A stretch of DNA of 64,000 bases from an uncultured Cellulophaga sp. (GTDB lineage: Bacteria; Bacteroidota; Bacteroidia; Flavobacteriales; Flavobacteriaceae): NCBI GenBank assembly GCA_947496695.1, contig CANMEI010000003.1, positions 220,109 to 284,108 of the forward strand, read 5' to 3'. Under the pieces are notes generated by a model. The model searched no databases. It had not been told where the DNA came from and was given only the letters and a program-made list of their open reading frames with translations. Made by a program: the position numbers and the translations under genes. This document shows, piece after piece, positions 1 to 9,220 of this stretch (positions within the stretch are counted from its first letter, which is position 1; each line of letters starts with the position of its first letter).

Positions 1-161
1 TCGTAAATAAAAGTATTTATTTTTTTTGAATAAAGCTCTTCCTCCGAGTACCCTAAAAGATTAATAAAAGCAGGGTTTACTTTTTTAAAATGACTATTAA
101 AGTCTGCAACACAAAATATATCTAATGAATTTTCAAAAAAAGGAGCTAAACTTATATTCAT
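1..161 (-). CDS. PAS-domain sensor protein, N-terminal fragment (gene runs off the window start)
   Basis: Reverse-strand ATG at 159-161 opens MNISLAPFFENSLDIFCVADFNSHFKKVNPAFINLLGYSEEELYSKKINTFIY..., open to the window edge. The DIF..D..G.F..VNPAF...LGYS.EEL pattern is typical of a PAS fold N-terminus. Confidence 0.5.
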   Translation of the reverse strand, partial: MNISLAPFFENSLDIFCVADFNSHFKKVNPAFINLLGYSEEELYSKKINTFIY

Positions 162-251
162 ATTATTAAAAAATAATGTTATTCATCGATTGTTCACTGT
201 TTTTCAAATACTTGACAATATATAAATTTTAACATAAATATAACTACTTAA

Positions 252-295
252 CAAAAAAAATCATTTGCAATTATTAAAATAATTACAAATGATTT
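252..295 (-). terminator. Intrinsic terminator downstream of folD
   Basis: 18-bp arms at 258-275 and 278-295. On the minus-strand RNA the single imperfect position is a G-U wobble (a C-A mismatch on plus). The stem is followed by UUUUUG on the minus strand. Confidence 0.6.
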
Positions 296-319
296 TATCA
301 TTATAAAAAATAAAACTTA

Positions 320-1204
320 CTATTTTCTACTTCTATGACGCTCTCTTGCTAATAATGTATTTTTTAATAACATCGCAATAGTCATGGGACCTACACCACC
401 AGGTACTGGTGTTATAAATGATGCTTTTTTACTTACATTTTCAAAATCGACATCACCTGTAATATAATATCCTTTCTCCTTAGTATCATCAGCAACACGA
501 GTAATACCTACATCAATAATTACCGCATCATCTTTTACCATTTCTGCTTTTAAGAAATTAGGTACACCTAAAGCTGAAATTACAATATCAGCTTGTGAAA
601 TAATCTGTGTAATATTTTTGGTATGGCTATGCGTAAGTGTTACGGTTGAGTTACCTGGCCAACCTTTACGCCCCATTAAAATACTCATTGGTCTACCTAC
701 AATATGACTTCTACCAATAACAACAGTATGCTTCCCTTTAGTATCAACATTATAACGCTCTAAAAGCTCTAAAATACCAAAAGGTGTTGCTGGTATAAAA
801 GTACTCATATCAAGAGCCATTTTCCCAAAATTCATAGGGTGAAAACCATCAACATCTTTATCAGGGTCAACTGCTAATAAAACTTTTTGAGTATCAATTT
901 GTGGTGGCAATGGTAATTGAACAATAAAACCATCAATATTTTCATCTTGATTAAGTTCTTCTATTTTTTGTAAAAGTTCTTGCTCAGATGTTGTACTTGG
1001 CATTTTCACTAAAGTAGATTCAAATCCGATTTTTTCACAAGATCTTACTTTACTACCTACATAGGTTAAACTCGCCCCATCATTACCAACTAAAATAGCA
1101 GCCAAATGTGGTACTTTTTCACCACGCTCACGCATTTTAACCACTTGAGCAGCAATCTCTTCTTTTATTTGGTTAGATACTTTTTTACCGTCTAATATTT
1201 CCAT
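320..1204 (-). CDS. folD: Bifunctional methylenetetrahydrofolate dehydrogenase (NADP+) / methenyl-THF cyclohydrolase
   Basis: 294 aa. The sequence MEILDGKKVS...AAILVGNDGASLTYV..K...C..IG and GRS.IVG.P...LL ...PVPGGVGPMTIAMLL is the classic FolD signature. Confidence 0.95.
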   Translation of the reverse strand: MEILDGKKVSNQIKEEIAAQVVKMRERGEKVPHLAAILVGNDGASLTYVGSKVRSCEKIGFESTLVKMPSTTSEQELLQKIEELNQDENIDGFIVQLPLPPQIDTQKVLLAVDPDKDVDGFHPMNFGKMALDMSTFIPATPFGILELLERYNVDTKGKHTVVIGRSHIVGRPMSILMGRKGWPGNSTVTLTHSHTKNITQIISQADIVISALGVPNFLKAEMVKDDAVIIDVGITRVADDTKEKGYYITGDVDFENVSKKASFITPVPGGVGPMTIAMLLKNTLLARERHRSRK

Positions 1205-1271
1205 TATCGAGGTTCTTCTTTAAGTTTTTGGTTTACAGAAATCTTAATATATTATAGAAAAATAAAAGAGA

Positions 1272-2609
1272 TTATTTCATCCCTTTCATTGCTCCCATCA
1301 TTTGCATCATTTTTTTACCACCACCACCTTGCATCATTTTCATCATCTTACTCATCTGATCAAATTGTTTAAGCAACTGGTTAACTTCTTGTATAGTTCT
1401 TCCACTACCTTTAGCTACTCGCTTTTTTCTACTTGCATCTAGTTTTGCTGGTGTAGCTCTCTCCAAAGGTGTCATTGAGTGTATAATTGCTTCTACATGC
1501 TTAAAGGCATCGTCGTCAATATCTAAACCTTTTAATGCTTTACCTGCACCAGGAATCATTCCCATAAGGTCCTTAATATTACCCATTTTTTTAATTTGCT
1601 GAATCTGACTTAAGAAGTCATCAAAACCAAATTGATTTTTAGCAATTTTTTTCTGAATTTTTCTACTTTCTTCTTCATCAAATTGTTCTTGTGCTCTTTC
1701 TACTAAAGATACAACATCACCCATCCCTAAGATACGTTCTGCCATACGTGAAGGATAGAACACGTCAATAGCTTCCATCTTCTCACCTGTACCAATAAAC
1801 TTAATTGGCTTGTTTACTACAGATTTAATAGAGATTGCCGCACCACCACGAGTATCACCATCTAATTTTGTTAGAATAACTCCGTCAAAATTTAATATAT
1901 CATTAAATGCTTTTGCTGTATTCACAGCATCTTGCCCTGTCATGGCATCAACAACAAATAATGTTTCTTGAGGCTGAATTGCTTTATGAACATTTGCAAT
2001 TTCATTCATCATTTCTTCATCAACAGCTAAACGTCCAGCAGTATCAATAATTACTACATTATGTCCGTTTGTTTTTGCATATGCGATACCAGCTTTTGAA
2101 ATTGCTACTGGATCTGTATTTCCTCTATCAGAAAAAACCTCAACACCTATTTGATCACCAACTACATGTAATTGATCTACTGCCGCAGGACGATAAACAT
2201 CACAGGCTACTAATAAAGTTTTTTTTGTTTTTTTTGTCTTTAGATAATTTGCAAGCTTACCAGAAAAAGTTGTTTTACCTGAACCTTGTAAACCAGACAT
2301 TAAAATTACTGATGGATTTGATGCTAAATTTATACCTTCTACATCACCCCCCATTAATTCAGTCAACTCGTCTTTTACAAGTTTCACCATTAATTGACCT
2401 GGTTGCAAAGATGTTAATACACCTTGACCAAGTGCTTTTTCTTTTACTCTATTGGTAAACTCCTTTGCTATTTTAAAGTTAACATCGGCATCAAGTAAAG
2501 CTCTGCGGACTTCTTTTAAAGTTTCTGCAACATTAATTTCAGTTATTTGCCCATGCCCTTTTAGAACATGAAGTGCTTTATCTAGCTTTTCGCTTAAATT
2601 ATCAAACAT
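1272..2609 (-). CDS. ffh: Signal recognition particle protein Ffh
   Basis: 445 aa. It has the SRP54 N/G domain (GLQGSGKTT, DTAGR, TKLDGDTRGG) and a Met-rich C-terminal M domain. Confidence 0.97.
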   Translation of the reverse strand: MFDNLSEKLDKALHVLKGHGQITEINVAETLKEVRRALLDADVNFKIAKEFTNRVKEKALGQGVLTSLQPGQLMVKLVKDELTELMGGDVEGINLASNPSVILMSGLQGSGKTTFSGKLANYLKTKKTKKTLLVACDVYRPAAVDQLHVVGDQIGVEVFSDRGNTDPVAISKAGIAYAKTNGHNVVIIDTAGRLAVDEEMMNEIANVHKAIQPQETLFVVDAMTGQDAVNTAKAFNDILNFDGVILTKLDGDTRGGAAISIKSVVNKPIKFIGTGEKMEAIDVFYPSRMAERILGMGDVVSLVERAQEQFDEEESRKIQKKIAKNQFGFDDFLSQIQQIKKMGNIKDLMGMIPGAGKALKGLDIDDDAFKHVEAIIHSMTPLERATPAKLDASRKKRVAKGSGRTIQEVNQLLKQFDQMSKMMKMMQGGGGKKMMQMMGAMKGMK

Positions 2610-2790
2610 AGTTATCAGTCTACTTCTTATATTAAAAGATGCAAAGTTAATGATTTGACCTGTATTTATATTGCTGAATCTTATAAAAATGTAGCCCTAT
2701 GACTGTCTAATATTGTTATAATTACACTGAAAATTATTGGTTTTTAATTTATTCGATAGCTATTATCTATTTTTTTAATCATTTTGAATA

Positions 2791-2834
2791 AAAAAATAAA
2801 AAAATCTTGCTAAACAATGTGTCTAACAAGATTT
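2791..2834 (-). terminator. Intrinsic terminator downstream of the acidic lipoprotein gene
   Basis: The minus-strand RNA folds AAAUCUUGUUAGAC-CAUU-GUUUAGCAAGAUUU (14 bp, two G-U wobbles that would be C-A mismatches on the plus strand). It is followed by UUUUAUUUUUU. Confidence 0.65.
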
Positions 2835-2875
2835 AATCAGGGATAAAAAAGGGATATTAATGAAATAATTTATGA

Positions 2876-4285
2876 TTAACTTTTCTTTTCGAAGATTAGT
2901 ACTCTTTCTGGGTCTACATTATAATATCTTAATTCTATTCTACTTTCATCAATTTCTACTATTCTCCAATTTACATTTAATAAATTGTCAAAAAAATCAT
3001 CAAAATATAATTCAAGATATAAGCCTCCATCATCAAACGTTCTCCAAGTTCCACTATATGAATTTACATCTATGGCTGTTACATCAACTGTTCCTGAATT
3101 AAGAAAATCAAAATTATACATATTAACATCTGATGTATAATCAAAATCTCCTTCATAAAAGGACACTATTTGCCAATCACCAGAAAGTAAAACGGCTTCA
3201 ATTTCAGCTGTAGTATCTGGAGATGCTAAAGCGTCACAGTCTTTTTCTAAAAAAACTTTATTAGTCTCATCATTATAAAACTTAAGTGTATTAAAACCTA
3301 AATCATAAACCAACCATTCGGAATTAAAAGCCATTTGACTTTCTTCAAATTCTAATGTTAATAATACTCCATTTTCCGAATCAGAACTATACCAGTTACC
3401 AGTTTCTACTGTATTATCATTAGTAAGTAATAAAACTTGATTCTCAGCAATAAACACCATAAAAGACCCATTATAACTACCTGAAGTTTCGTCATCACGG
3501 TATAAATCATTTACAACCCAAGGGCAAGACATTAAATATTCATCTAAACTTTCCTTTGTAAAATCGTCATCATTATAATCATTATCATCATCTTCATCAC
3601 AACTATTTTTAGCATTTTCAATAGCTTGTTCTAACTCTGTATTATTATAAATAATAAGTATAGTTCCATCATTCATACCTAAATAAACAGGATAATCTAG
3701 ACTTATAATATCTTCATCACCTAAATCAGAAAAAAAGAGGTTTAACTCTCTATCAGCCCCAATAGTTACACTACTTGTTTCTTGCTGAGTAACATCATAT
3801 TTAAAAATAGTTAGTGGATATAAAAAATCAATACATTCTATATCATCATCACCTCCATTTTCAATACATTCTTCTGCTACTTCTTCTAGTTCAATAGCAT
3901 TATTAATTGTTGATTCTGAATAGTCTGCTAAAATAATATTTACAGGGTAATCTATAGTTAAAGTATCTTCATTACTATCTAATAAATCAAAAACATCCTC
4001 GATTAACTGTAAGTCATCAACAGTTTCTATTGTAAGTTGTTCTCCGTTTGCTTGAACTGTATATGGAAATTGGATTGCTATACAGCTTGAGCCATCAACT
4101 ATATTATCAAAAGAACCATCGTTAGCACTAATTTGTATTATCAGCTGTGCTATATTGGAAGTTTCTATTATGGAAATTTCCTCATCAATTATTGAAACTT
4201 CTTTAAACTCTTCTTGGCAAGAAGTAGCTAAAATTATCAATAACAATAAGTTACACCATATAAAAACATTAAATATTTTAACCAT
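2876..4285 (-). CDS. Highly acidic lipoprotein of unknown function with C-terminal lipocalin-like repeats
   Basis: 469 aa. The signal ends ...LIILATSC (lipobox). The protein is very D/E-rich, and two C-terminal modules have the G.W...L.L....W.I pattern (GNWYSS..., SGTWRTF...NWRIVEIDESRIELRY) seen in lipocalin-like domains. Confidence 0.7.
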   Translation of the reverse strand: MVKIFNVFIWCNLLLLIILATSCQEEFKEVSIIDEEISIIETSNIAQLIIQISANDGSFDNIVDGSSCIAIQFPYTVQANGEQLTIETVDDLQLIEDVFDLLDSNEDTLTIDYPVNIILADYSESTINNAIELEEVAEECIENGGDDDIECIDFLYPLTIFKYDVTQQETSSVTIGADRELNLFFSDLGDEDIISLDYPVYLGMNDGTILIIYNNTELEQAIENAKNSCDEDDDNDYNDDDFTKESLDEYLMSCPWVVNDLYRDDETSGSYNGSFMVFIAENQVLLLTNDNTVETGNWYSSDSENGVLLTLEFEESQMAFNSEWLVYDLGFNTLKFYNDETNKVFLEKDCDALASPDTTAEIEAVLLSGDWQIVSFYEGDFDYTSDVNMYNFDFLNSGTVDVTAIDVNSYSGTWRTFDDGGLYLELYFDDFFDNLLNVNWRIVEIDESRIELRYYNVDPERVLIFEKKS

Positions 4286-4402
4286 AATAATTTGACTTAC
4301 AATACGTTACACTTACATAACAATTTAATACAAAAAAACCCTACCATGTTTTTTTGGTATTTTTAAAATACCTTTACAATTAAATTATAGATTTTATACT
4401 AC

Positions 4403-4912
4403 ATGGATACCAAAGAAAATAATGTATGTAATGAGCAAGTTTACAATATGCTTTTCAATTCTAATTCTAAAACGATTTTTAATTATATATATTATAAATA
4501 CGGGAATGAAGAAAAAGCATATGATACTGTACAAGAAGCATTTATTAAATTATGGGAAAATTGCACTAAAGTTACTCCTGAAAAAGCAAAAGCCTATGTA
4601 TACACTATTGCAAACAACCTTTATTTAAATATAATTAAAGCTGAAAAAGTTCGGCTAAAATATGCATCTAAATCTTTAGCAATTTCTAATGAATCACCTG
4701 AATTTTTATTAGAAGAAAAACAGTTTCATGAAAAACTTGAAAATGCTTTAAATGCATTGCCCGAAAACCAAAGAACAACTTTTCTTTTAAATAGGATTGA
4801 CAGTAAAAAATATGCTGAAATTGCAATAATAGAAGGAGTAAGTATTAAAGCCATAGAAAAAAGAATGCATTTAGCTTTAAAAACATTAAGAGAAAAAATA
4901 GATGGAATCTAA
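4403..4912 (+). CDS. ECF-type RNA polymerase sigma-70 family factor
   Basis: 169 aa. Region 2 (VQEAFIKLWE) and region 4 (LPENQRTTFLLNRIDSKKYAEIA...GVSIKAIEKRMH.AL) are present, and a FecR-like gene follows immediately. Confidence 0.9.
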   Translation: MDTKENNVCNEQVYNMLFNSNSKTIFNYIYYKYGNEEKAYDTVQEAFIKLWENCTKVTPEKAKAYVYTIANNLYLNIIKAEKVRLKYASKSLAISNESPEFLLEEKQFHEKLENALNALPENQRTTFLLNRIDSKKYAEIAIIEGVSIKAIEKRMHLALKTLREKIDGI

Positions 4913-4980
4913 TTTTTTTATACTTTAAAAGTAGGGTAAATCTATTACTTAGTTGTTACTACTAAAACAAAGCATCTATT

Positions 4981-5895
4981 ATGCAAGAAAATTTTTTAGC
5001 CCGATGGCTTAACAACGAACTTTCACAAGAAGAGCTTTCTAAGTTTAAAGAAACTAATGAATACTTAACTTATAAAAAAATTGTAGATTTTTCTAGCAAG
5101 TTAGAAGCTCCTACGTATAATACAGAAGAAGCTTTAGATCAATCTAAAATTAACAGAAATGCTAAAATTATTCGTCTAAACCCCATTAGAAAAAAATTAC
5201 AAATTGCCGCTGTAGTTTTAGTTTTGATTACTGGCTCTTATTTTTTTATTAATTCTTTAGATAAAAACGTTATCACTGGTTATGCTGAAAATAAAACCCT
5301 AACATTACCTGATTCTTCAATTGTTACATTAAATTCCGTTTCAGAGATAACATTTAATAAAAATAATTGGGATACTAACCGAAATTTAACTTTAGAAGGA
5401 GAAGCATTTTTTAAAGTTGCAAAAGGCAAAAAATTTACTGTAAATACTTCTCAAGGTATTGCTACCGTATTAGGCACTCAGTTTAATGTTGAAAACAGAA
5501 CAGGTTTTTTTGAAGTTACTTGTTACGAAGGTTCTGTTAGCGTATATTTTAATGGTGAAACTACAATACTACCTGCTGGAAATTCATTTTTAGCTATTGA
5601 CAATGAAGTTATAATTACGGATATTAGTGGTGTTAATGACACACAGACTCCTTCATGGCTACTGAATGAAAGCTCTTTTAAAAGTATACCCTTAAAATAT
5701 GTTTTAAATGAATTTGAAAGACAGTTTGATACTAAAATTGAAACAAAAAATATAAATACCAGTATTTTATTTACTGGAACAATTTCAAATAAAAATAAAG
5801 AAATAGCGTTAAAAAGTATTTGTGCTCCATATCAAATAAATTATAAAATAGAAAAAAACAAAGTGCTTCTCTATCTTGAAAATCAAACAAAGTAA
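4981..5895 (+). CDS. FecR-family anti-sigma factor / transmembrane sensor
   Basis: 304 aa with one central TM helix (IAAVVLVLITGSYFFI). The periplasmic FecR-like part reads GEAFFKVAKGKKFTV.T....VLGTQFNV, and the gene sits between the ECF sigma and the TonB-dependent transducer. Confidence 0.85.
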   Translation: MQENFLARWLNNELSQEELSKFKETNEYLTYKKIVDFSSKLEAPTYNTEEALDQSKINRNAKIIRLNPIRKKLQIAAVVLVLITGSYFFINSLDKNVITGYAENKTLTLPDSSIVTLNSVSEITFNKNNWDTNRNLTLEGEAFFKVAKGKKFTVNTSQGIATVLGTQFNVENRTGFFEVTCYEGSVSVYFNGETTILPAGNSFLAIDNEVIITDISGVNDTQTPSWLLNESSFKSIPLKYVLNEFERQFDTKIETKNINTSILFTGTISNKNKEIALKSICAPYQINYKIEKNKVLLYLENQTK

Positions 5896-8422
5896 CTTTC
5901 GAATATTTCTGATTATTTTATTTTTTTGCATCTCATTTTTAGGCTATGCACAAGAAGAAAACACCTCAGTTTTATTAGTTACTTATTTACAGCAACTCGA
6001 AAAAAAATTTAAAATTAAATTTTCTTTTTACGATGAAGATTTAAATTCCATTTTAATAAAAAGAATAAATACTAGTTCTCTTAGTGACGTTTTAGAAAAT
6101 ATTGAGACACAAACACAATTAGATATTGAAAAATTAGACCAACGTTATTACACTATATCAATTAAAACCTTAAATATTTGTGGTACTTTAATAGATAGTT
6201 TTAAAAATGAAAAAATTAGAGGTGCCTCTATAGAAATTCTAGAATATTCTATAATAAAACACACAAATGAAAATGGCGAGTTTTCTATTAAAAATGTTCC
6301 TAAAAATGCTACTATAGCAATTAAATACGAAAATTTTGATACGCAATTTATAAACGCACAAGATTTTAAGAACAAACCTTGCCAAACAATATTACTTTCT
6401 GAAACCTATGAACAACTACAAGAGGTTGTTATTTACAAATACTTAACAACAGGACTCTTAAAAGAAAAAGATGCAAGTATTGTTTTAAACACTAAAGATT
6501 TTGGGGTTTTACCAGGGTTAATTGAGCCTGATGTTTTACAAACAGTTCAAGCATTACCTGGCATAAAAAGCATAGATGAAACTGTATCAGATATTAATGT
6601 TCGGGGTGGTAGTAATGATCAAAATTTAATGCTGTGGAATGGTATTAAACTTTACCAATCTGGTCATTTTTTTGGATTAATTTCTGCTTTTAACCCCTAT
6701 ACCACAGATAATGTGGCTATCATAAAAAATGGTACAAGCGCAATATATGCCGATGGTGTTAGCGCTGTTATTAATATAAAAACAAAAGATGAACTATCTA
6801 ATGCTTTTTCAGGTGGTGCTGGTATAAACTTAATTAGTACAGATTTATATGGGCAAATACCAATATCAAAAAAAGTCGCGTTTCAATTTTCAGGTAGAAG
6901 ATCTATTACTGATTTTATCAGCACACCCACATATCGTAAGTTTTATGAAAAAGCTTTTCAAGATAGCGAAGTAAATAATAATGATGATGACGAAACAGAA
7001 GAAATCAGAAGAGCTGAAAAATTCTATTTTTATGATTTTAGCAGCAAATTACTATATGACATAAATAACAAGCATAAACTTAGACTCAGCCTTATTGCAA
7101 TAAATAACCATCTTGATTATACAGAGAGTAGTAATGATACAGGAATAAAAAATAGTAACTTAAAACAAAAAAACTTATCTATTGGCGTAAGTTTAAATAG
7201 TTCTTGGTCTACTAAATTATTTAGTAATATAAGTGCTTATTCTACAAAATACACATTAGATTCTAGAAACATAAACGTTGAAGATGAACAAGAACTTTAC
7301 CAAACTAATGATGTTTTTGAAACAGCCGTAAAACTATCTGTTAACTATAATTTTTCAAAAAAAATAGATTGGAATAATGGTTATCAATTTAATGAAGTCG
7401 GCATAACTAATACAACCAATGTTCTTGAACCTCCATATAAAAGTAACATTAAAGACGTTATTAGAACAAATGCTTTTCTTTCTGAATTCACATTTAATTC
7501 TATAAATAGAAAATTTTGGTCCAGAGCTGGAGTTCGGTTTAATTTTATTGAAAACATAAATACATTTAATAGATTAATTATTGAACCTAGAGTTAATTTG
7601 AACTACAAACCTCATGAGTATTTTAAAATAGAAGTATTAGGAGAATTTAAAAACCAAACTACAAATCAAATAATTGATTTAGAACAAAATTTTTTAGGAA
7701 TAGAAAAAAGACGATGGATACTTTCTGATGAAGACACACTACCTGTTACACAAAGCAAGCAAATATCATTAGGTGCTAGTTATGAAAAAGAGAAAATTCA
7801 TATTAGTCTTGAAGGCTTTCAAAAATTAGTAACTGGTATTAGTATTTCTACACAAGGTTTTCAAAATCAAGATGAGTTTAATGATGAAATAGGTCAATAC
7901 AATATAAAGGGGTTTGAATTTTTAATTAATCAAAAAACAAAACATTTTAGTAACTGGTTGAGCTACACTCATAATAATAATAAGTATATTTTTAAAGATA
8001 TTACACCAAGTACTTTTCCTAACAATTTAGATATAAAACATGCTATAAGCCTTGCAAGTACATATACCAACCAACATGTAAAATTAGGGATAGGAATTAA
8101 TTATAGAACAGGAAAACCCTACACACAACCTCAAGAAGACAATAATGCTGTAAATACCACTACATTTCCTGCTACAATAAACTATAAGGATGCCAATAGT
8201 AGTAGAACGGCTAATTATTTACGTTGTGATGCTTCAGCTCTTTACAACTTCCAATTAAATAAAAATATTAGAGGCTCTGCAGGTATCTCAATATTAAACA
8301 TTTTTAATAGAAAAAATATTTTGAACACCTATTATAGGCTAAATGATAATGACAAAGTTGAAACAATTGAAAAAGTTTCATTAGGCATTACTCCAAATGC
8401 GAGTTTTAGAGTATTTTTTTAA
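5876..8422 (+). CDS. TonB-dependent receptor/transducer with STN-like and carboxypeptidase-regulatory-like N-terminal domains
   Basis: 848 aa. The TTG start overlaps the fecR 3' end by 20 nt. Signal peptide is ...FLGYAQ and the plug region reads DVLQTVQALPGI...NVRGG. The C-terminal residue is aromatic (...SFRVFF). Confidence 0.85.
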   Translation: MKIKQSNFRIFLIILFFCISFLGYAQEENTSVLLVTYLQQLEKKFKIKFSFYDEDLNSILIKRINTSSLSDVLENIETQTQLDIEKLDQRYYTISIKTLNICGTLIDSFKNEKIRGASIEILEYSIIKHTNENGEFSIKNVPKNATIAIKYENFDTQFINAQDFKNKPCQTILLSETYEQLQEVVIYKYLTTGLLKEKDASIVLNTKDFGVLPGLIEPDVLQTVQALPGIKSIDETVSDINVRGGSNDQNLMLWNGIKLYQSGHFFGLISAFNPYTTDNVAIIKNGTSAIYADGVSAVINIKTKDELSNAFSGGAGINLISTDLYGQIPISKKVAFQFSGRRSITDFISTPTYRKFYEKAFQDSEVNNNDDDETEEIRRAEKFYFYDFSSKLLYDINNKHKLRLSLIAINNHLDYTESSNDTGIKNSNLKQKNLSIGVSLNSSWSTKLFSNISAYSTKYTLDSRNINVEDEQELYQTNDVFETAVKLSVNYNFSKKIDWNNGYQFNEVGITNTTNVLEPPYKSNIKDVIRTNAFLSEFTFNSINRKFWSRAGVRFNFIENINTFNRLIIEPRVNLNYKPHEYFKIEVLGEFKNQTTNQIIDLEQNFLGIEKRRWILSDEDTLPVTQSKQISLGASYEKEKIHISLEGFQKLVTGISISTQGFQNQDEFNDEIGQYNIKGFEFLINQKTKHFSNWLSYTHNNNKYIFKDITPSTFPNNLDIKHAISLASTYTNQHVKLGIGINYRTGKPYTQPQEDNNAVNTTTFPATINYKDANSSRTANYLRCDASALYNFQLNKNIRGSAGISILNIFNRKNILNTYYRLNDNDKVETIEKVSLGITPNASFRVFF

Positions 8423-8423
8423 G

Positions 8424-9206
8424 CTAAGAATTGGCTATAGGTTGATGAAAATCAAACTTTAATATTTTACCCATTAATAAATATAATTCAGGAAATTCTT
8501 TTTGAAACTGTTCAGGTGTTTCTACATAATTTTCTGCCAAAACAGCAAAAAATTCATGCTCATTGGTCCGGCCGTAAGCTCGAAAGTAATCACTACTCGC
8601 TAGTTTTTGAATGAAAATTTTATCATCAAACAAAAGATTAATTTTAGCTATATACTTTTTAAAATAACGTGCTTCACTACTACTTTCAATAATAGCATTA
8701 AAACTTAAAGCATGAGCAAACTCATGAACACCTAAATTTTTATTATCATTCGGAATTTTAAAACCTTGCTTTACATGATGCGCAGAAACCACTAATGTTT
8801 TTAACCCCGGATTATACTCTCCAATATGATCTTGCCTATTTATTAAAGAAAAATATTGATCAGGATAAATTATAATGCGTTCAATAGCAGGTATTCTATA
8901 ATTTTTCAATCCTAAAGTAAGCATTGTTGCGTTTGCACTTAACAACAACGCCATATCTTCTTGCCTAGGTATTAAACCATTAAAAACAAATTGTTTATCT
9001 TTTCTAAACCTAAGTATTCGGTATTCAAACTTTTGCTTTTGCCTATTTGAAAGCTTCTTATAAACAGGAAAATTATTTAAAATAATTTTCTTTTCTGAAA
9101 TGGTAAGTGGTTCTAATTTTGCAAAATATAATTTATATGCATAGTGTAGTATATACAAAAAGTAAGCAATAATAATTAACAAAACAAGTACAGGCCCTAC
9201 TACCAT
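8424..9206 (-). CDS. Membrane-anchored zinc metallopeptidase, MtfA/M90-like
   Basis: 260 aa with an N-terminal TM helix and an HExxH motif in GVHEFAHAL. The overall layout resembles the MtfA (DUF980/M90) family. Confidence 0.65.
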   Translation of the reverse strand: MVVGPVLVLLIIIAYFLYILHYAYKLYFAKLEPLTISEKKIILNNFPVYKKLSNRQKQKFEYRILRFRKDKQFVFNGLIPRQEDMALLLSANATMLTLGLKNYRIPAIERIIIYPDQYFSLINRQDHIGEYNPGLKTLVVSAHHVKQGFKIPNDNKNLGVHEFAHALSFNAIIESSSEARYFKKYIAKINLLFDDKIFIQKLASSDYFRAYGRTNEHEFFAVLAENYVETPEQFQKEFPELYLLMGKILKFDFHQPIANS

Positions 9207-9220
9207 AAGCTATTTAAAAA

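Noticed and set aside
2069-2458. 129-aa + strand ORF antisense to ffh, and similar antisense or alternate-frame track ORFs (2872-3102, 4422-4628, 6148-6375, 10306-10524, 11899-12126, 14761-14955, 19155-19376, 23964-24164)
   Set aside because: Each lies entirely within, or largely overlaps, a strongly supported conserved gene on the other strand or frame. The translations are low-complexity Leu/Phe/Ile/Lys-rich strings typical of AT-rich antisense frames, with no motifs.
8420-8426. Convergent stop codons one base apart (TBDT and M90 peptidase), and a similar 7-nt convergent junction at 13006/13014, as a possible sign of mis-assembly or a missing terminator
   Set aside because: Both reading frames are intact to natural stops with full-length family-consistent products. 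Tight convergent packing is common in compact genomes and nothing indicates an artefact.
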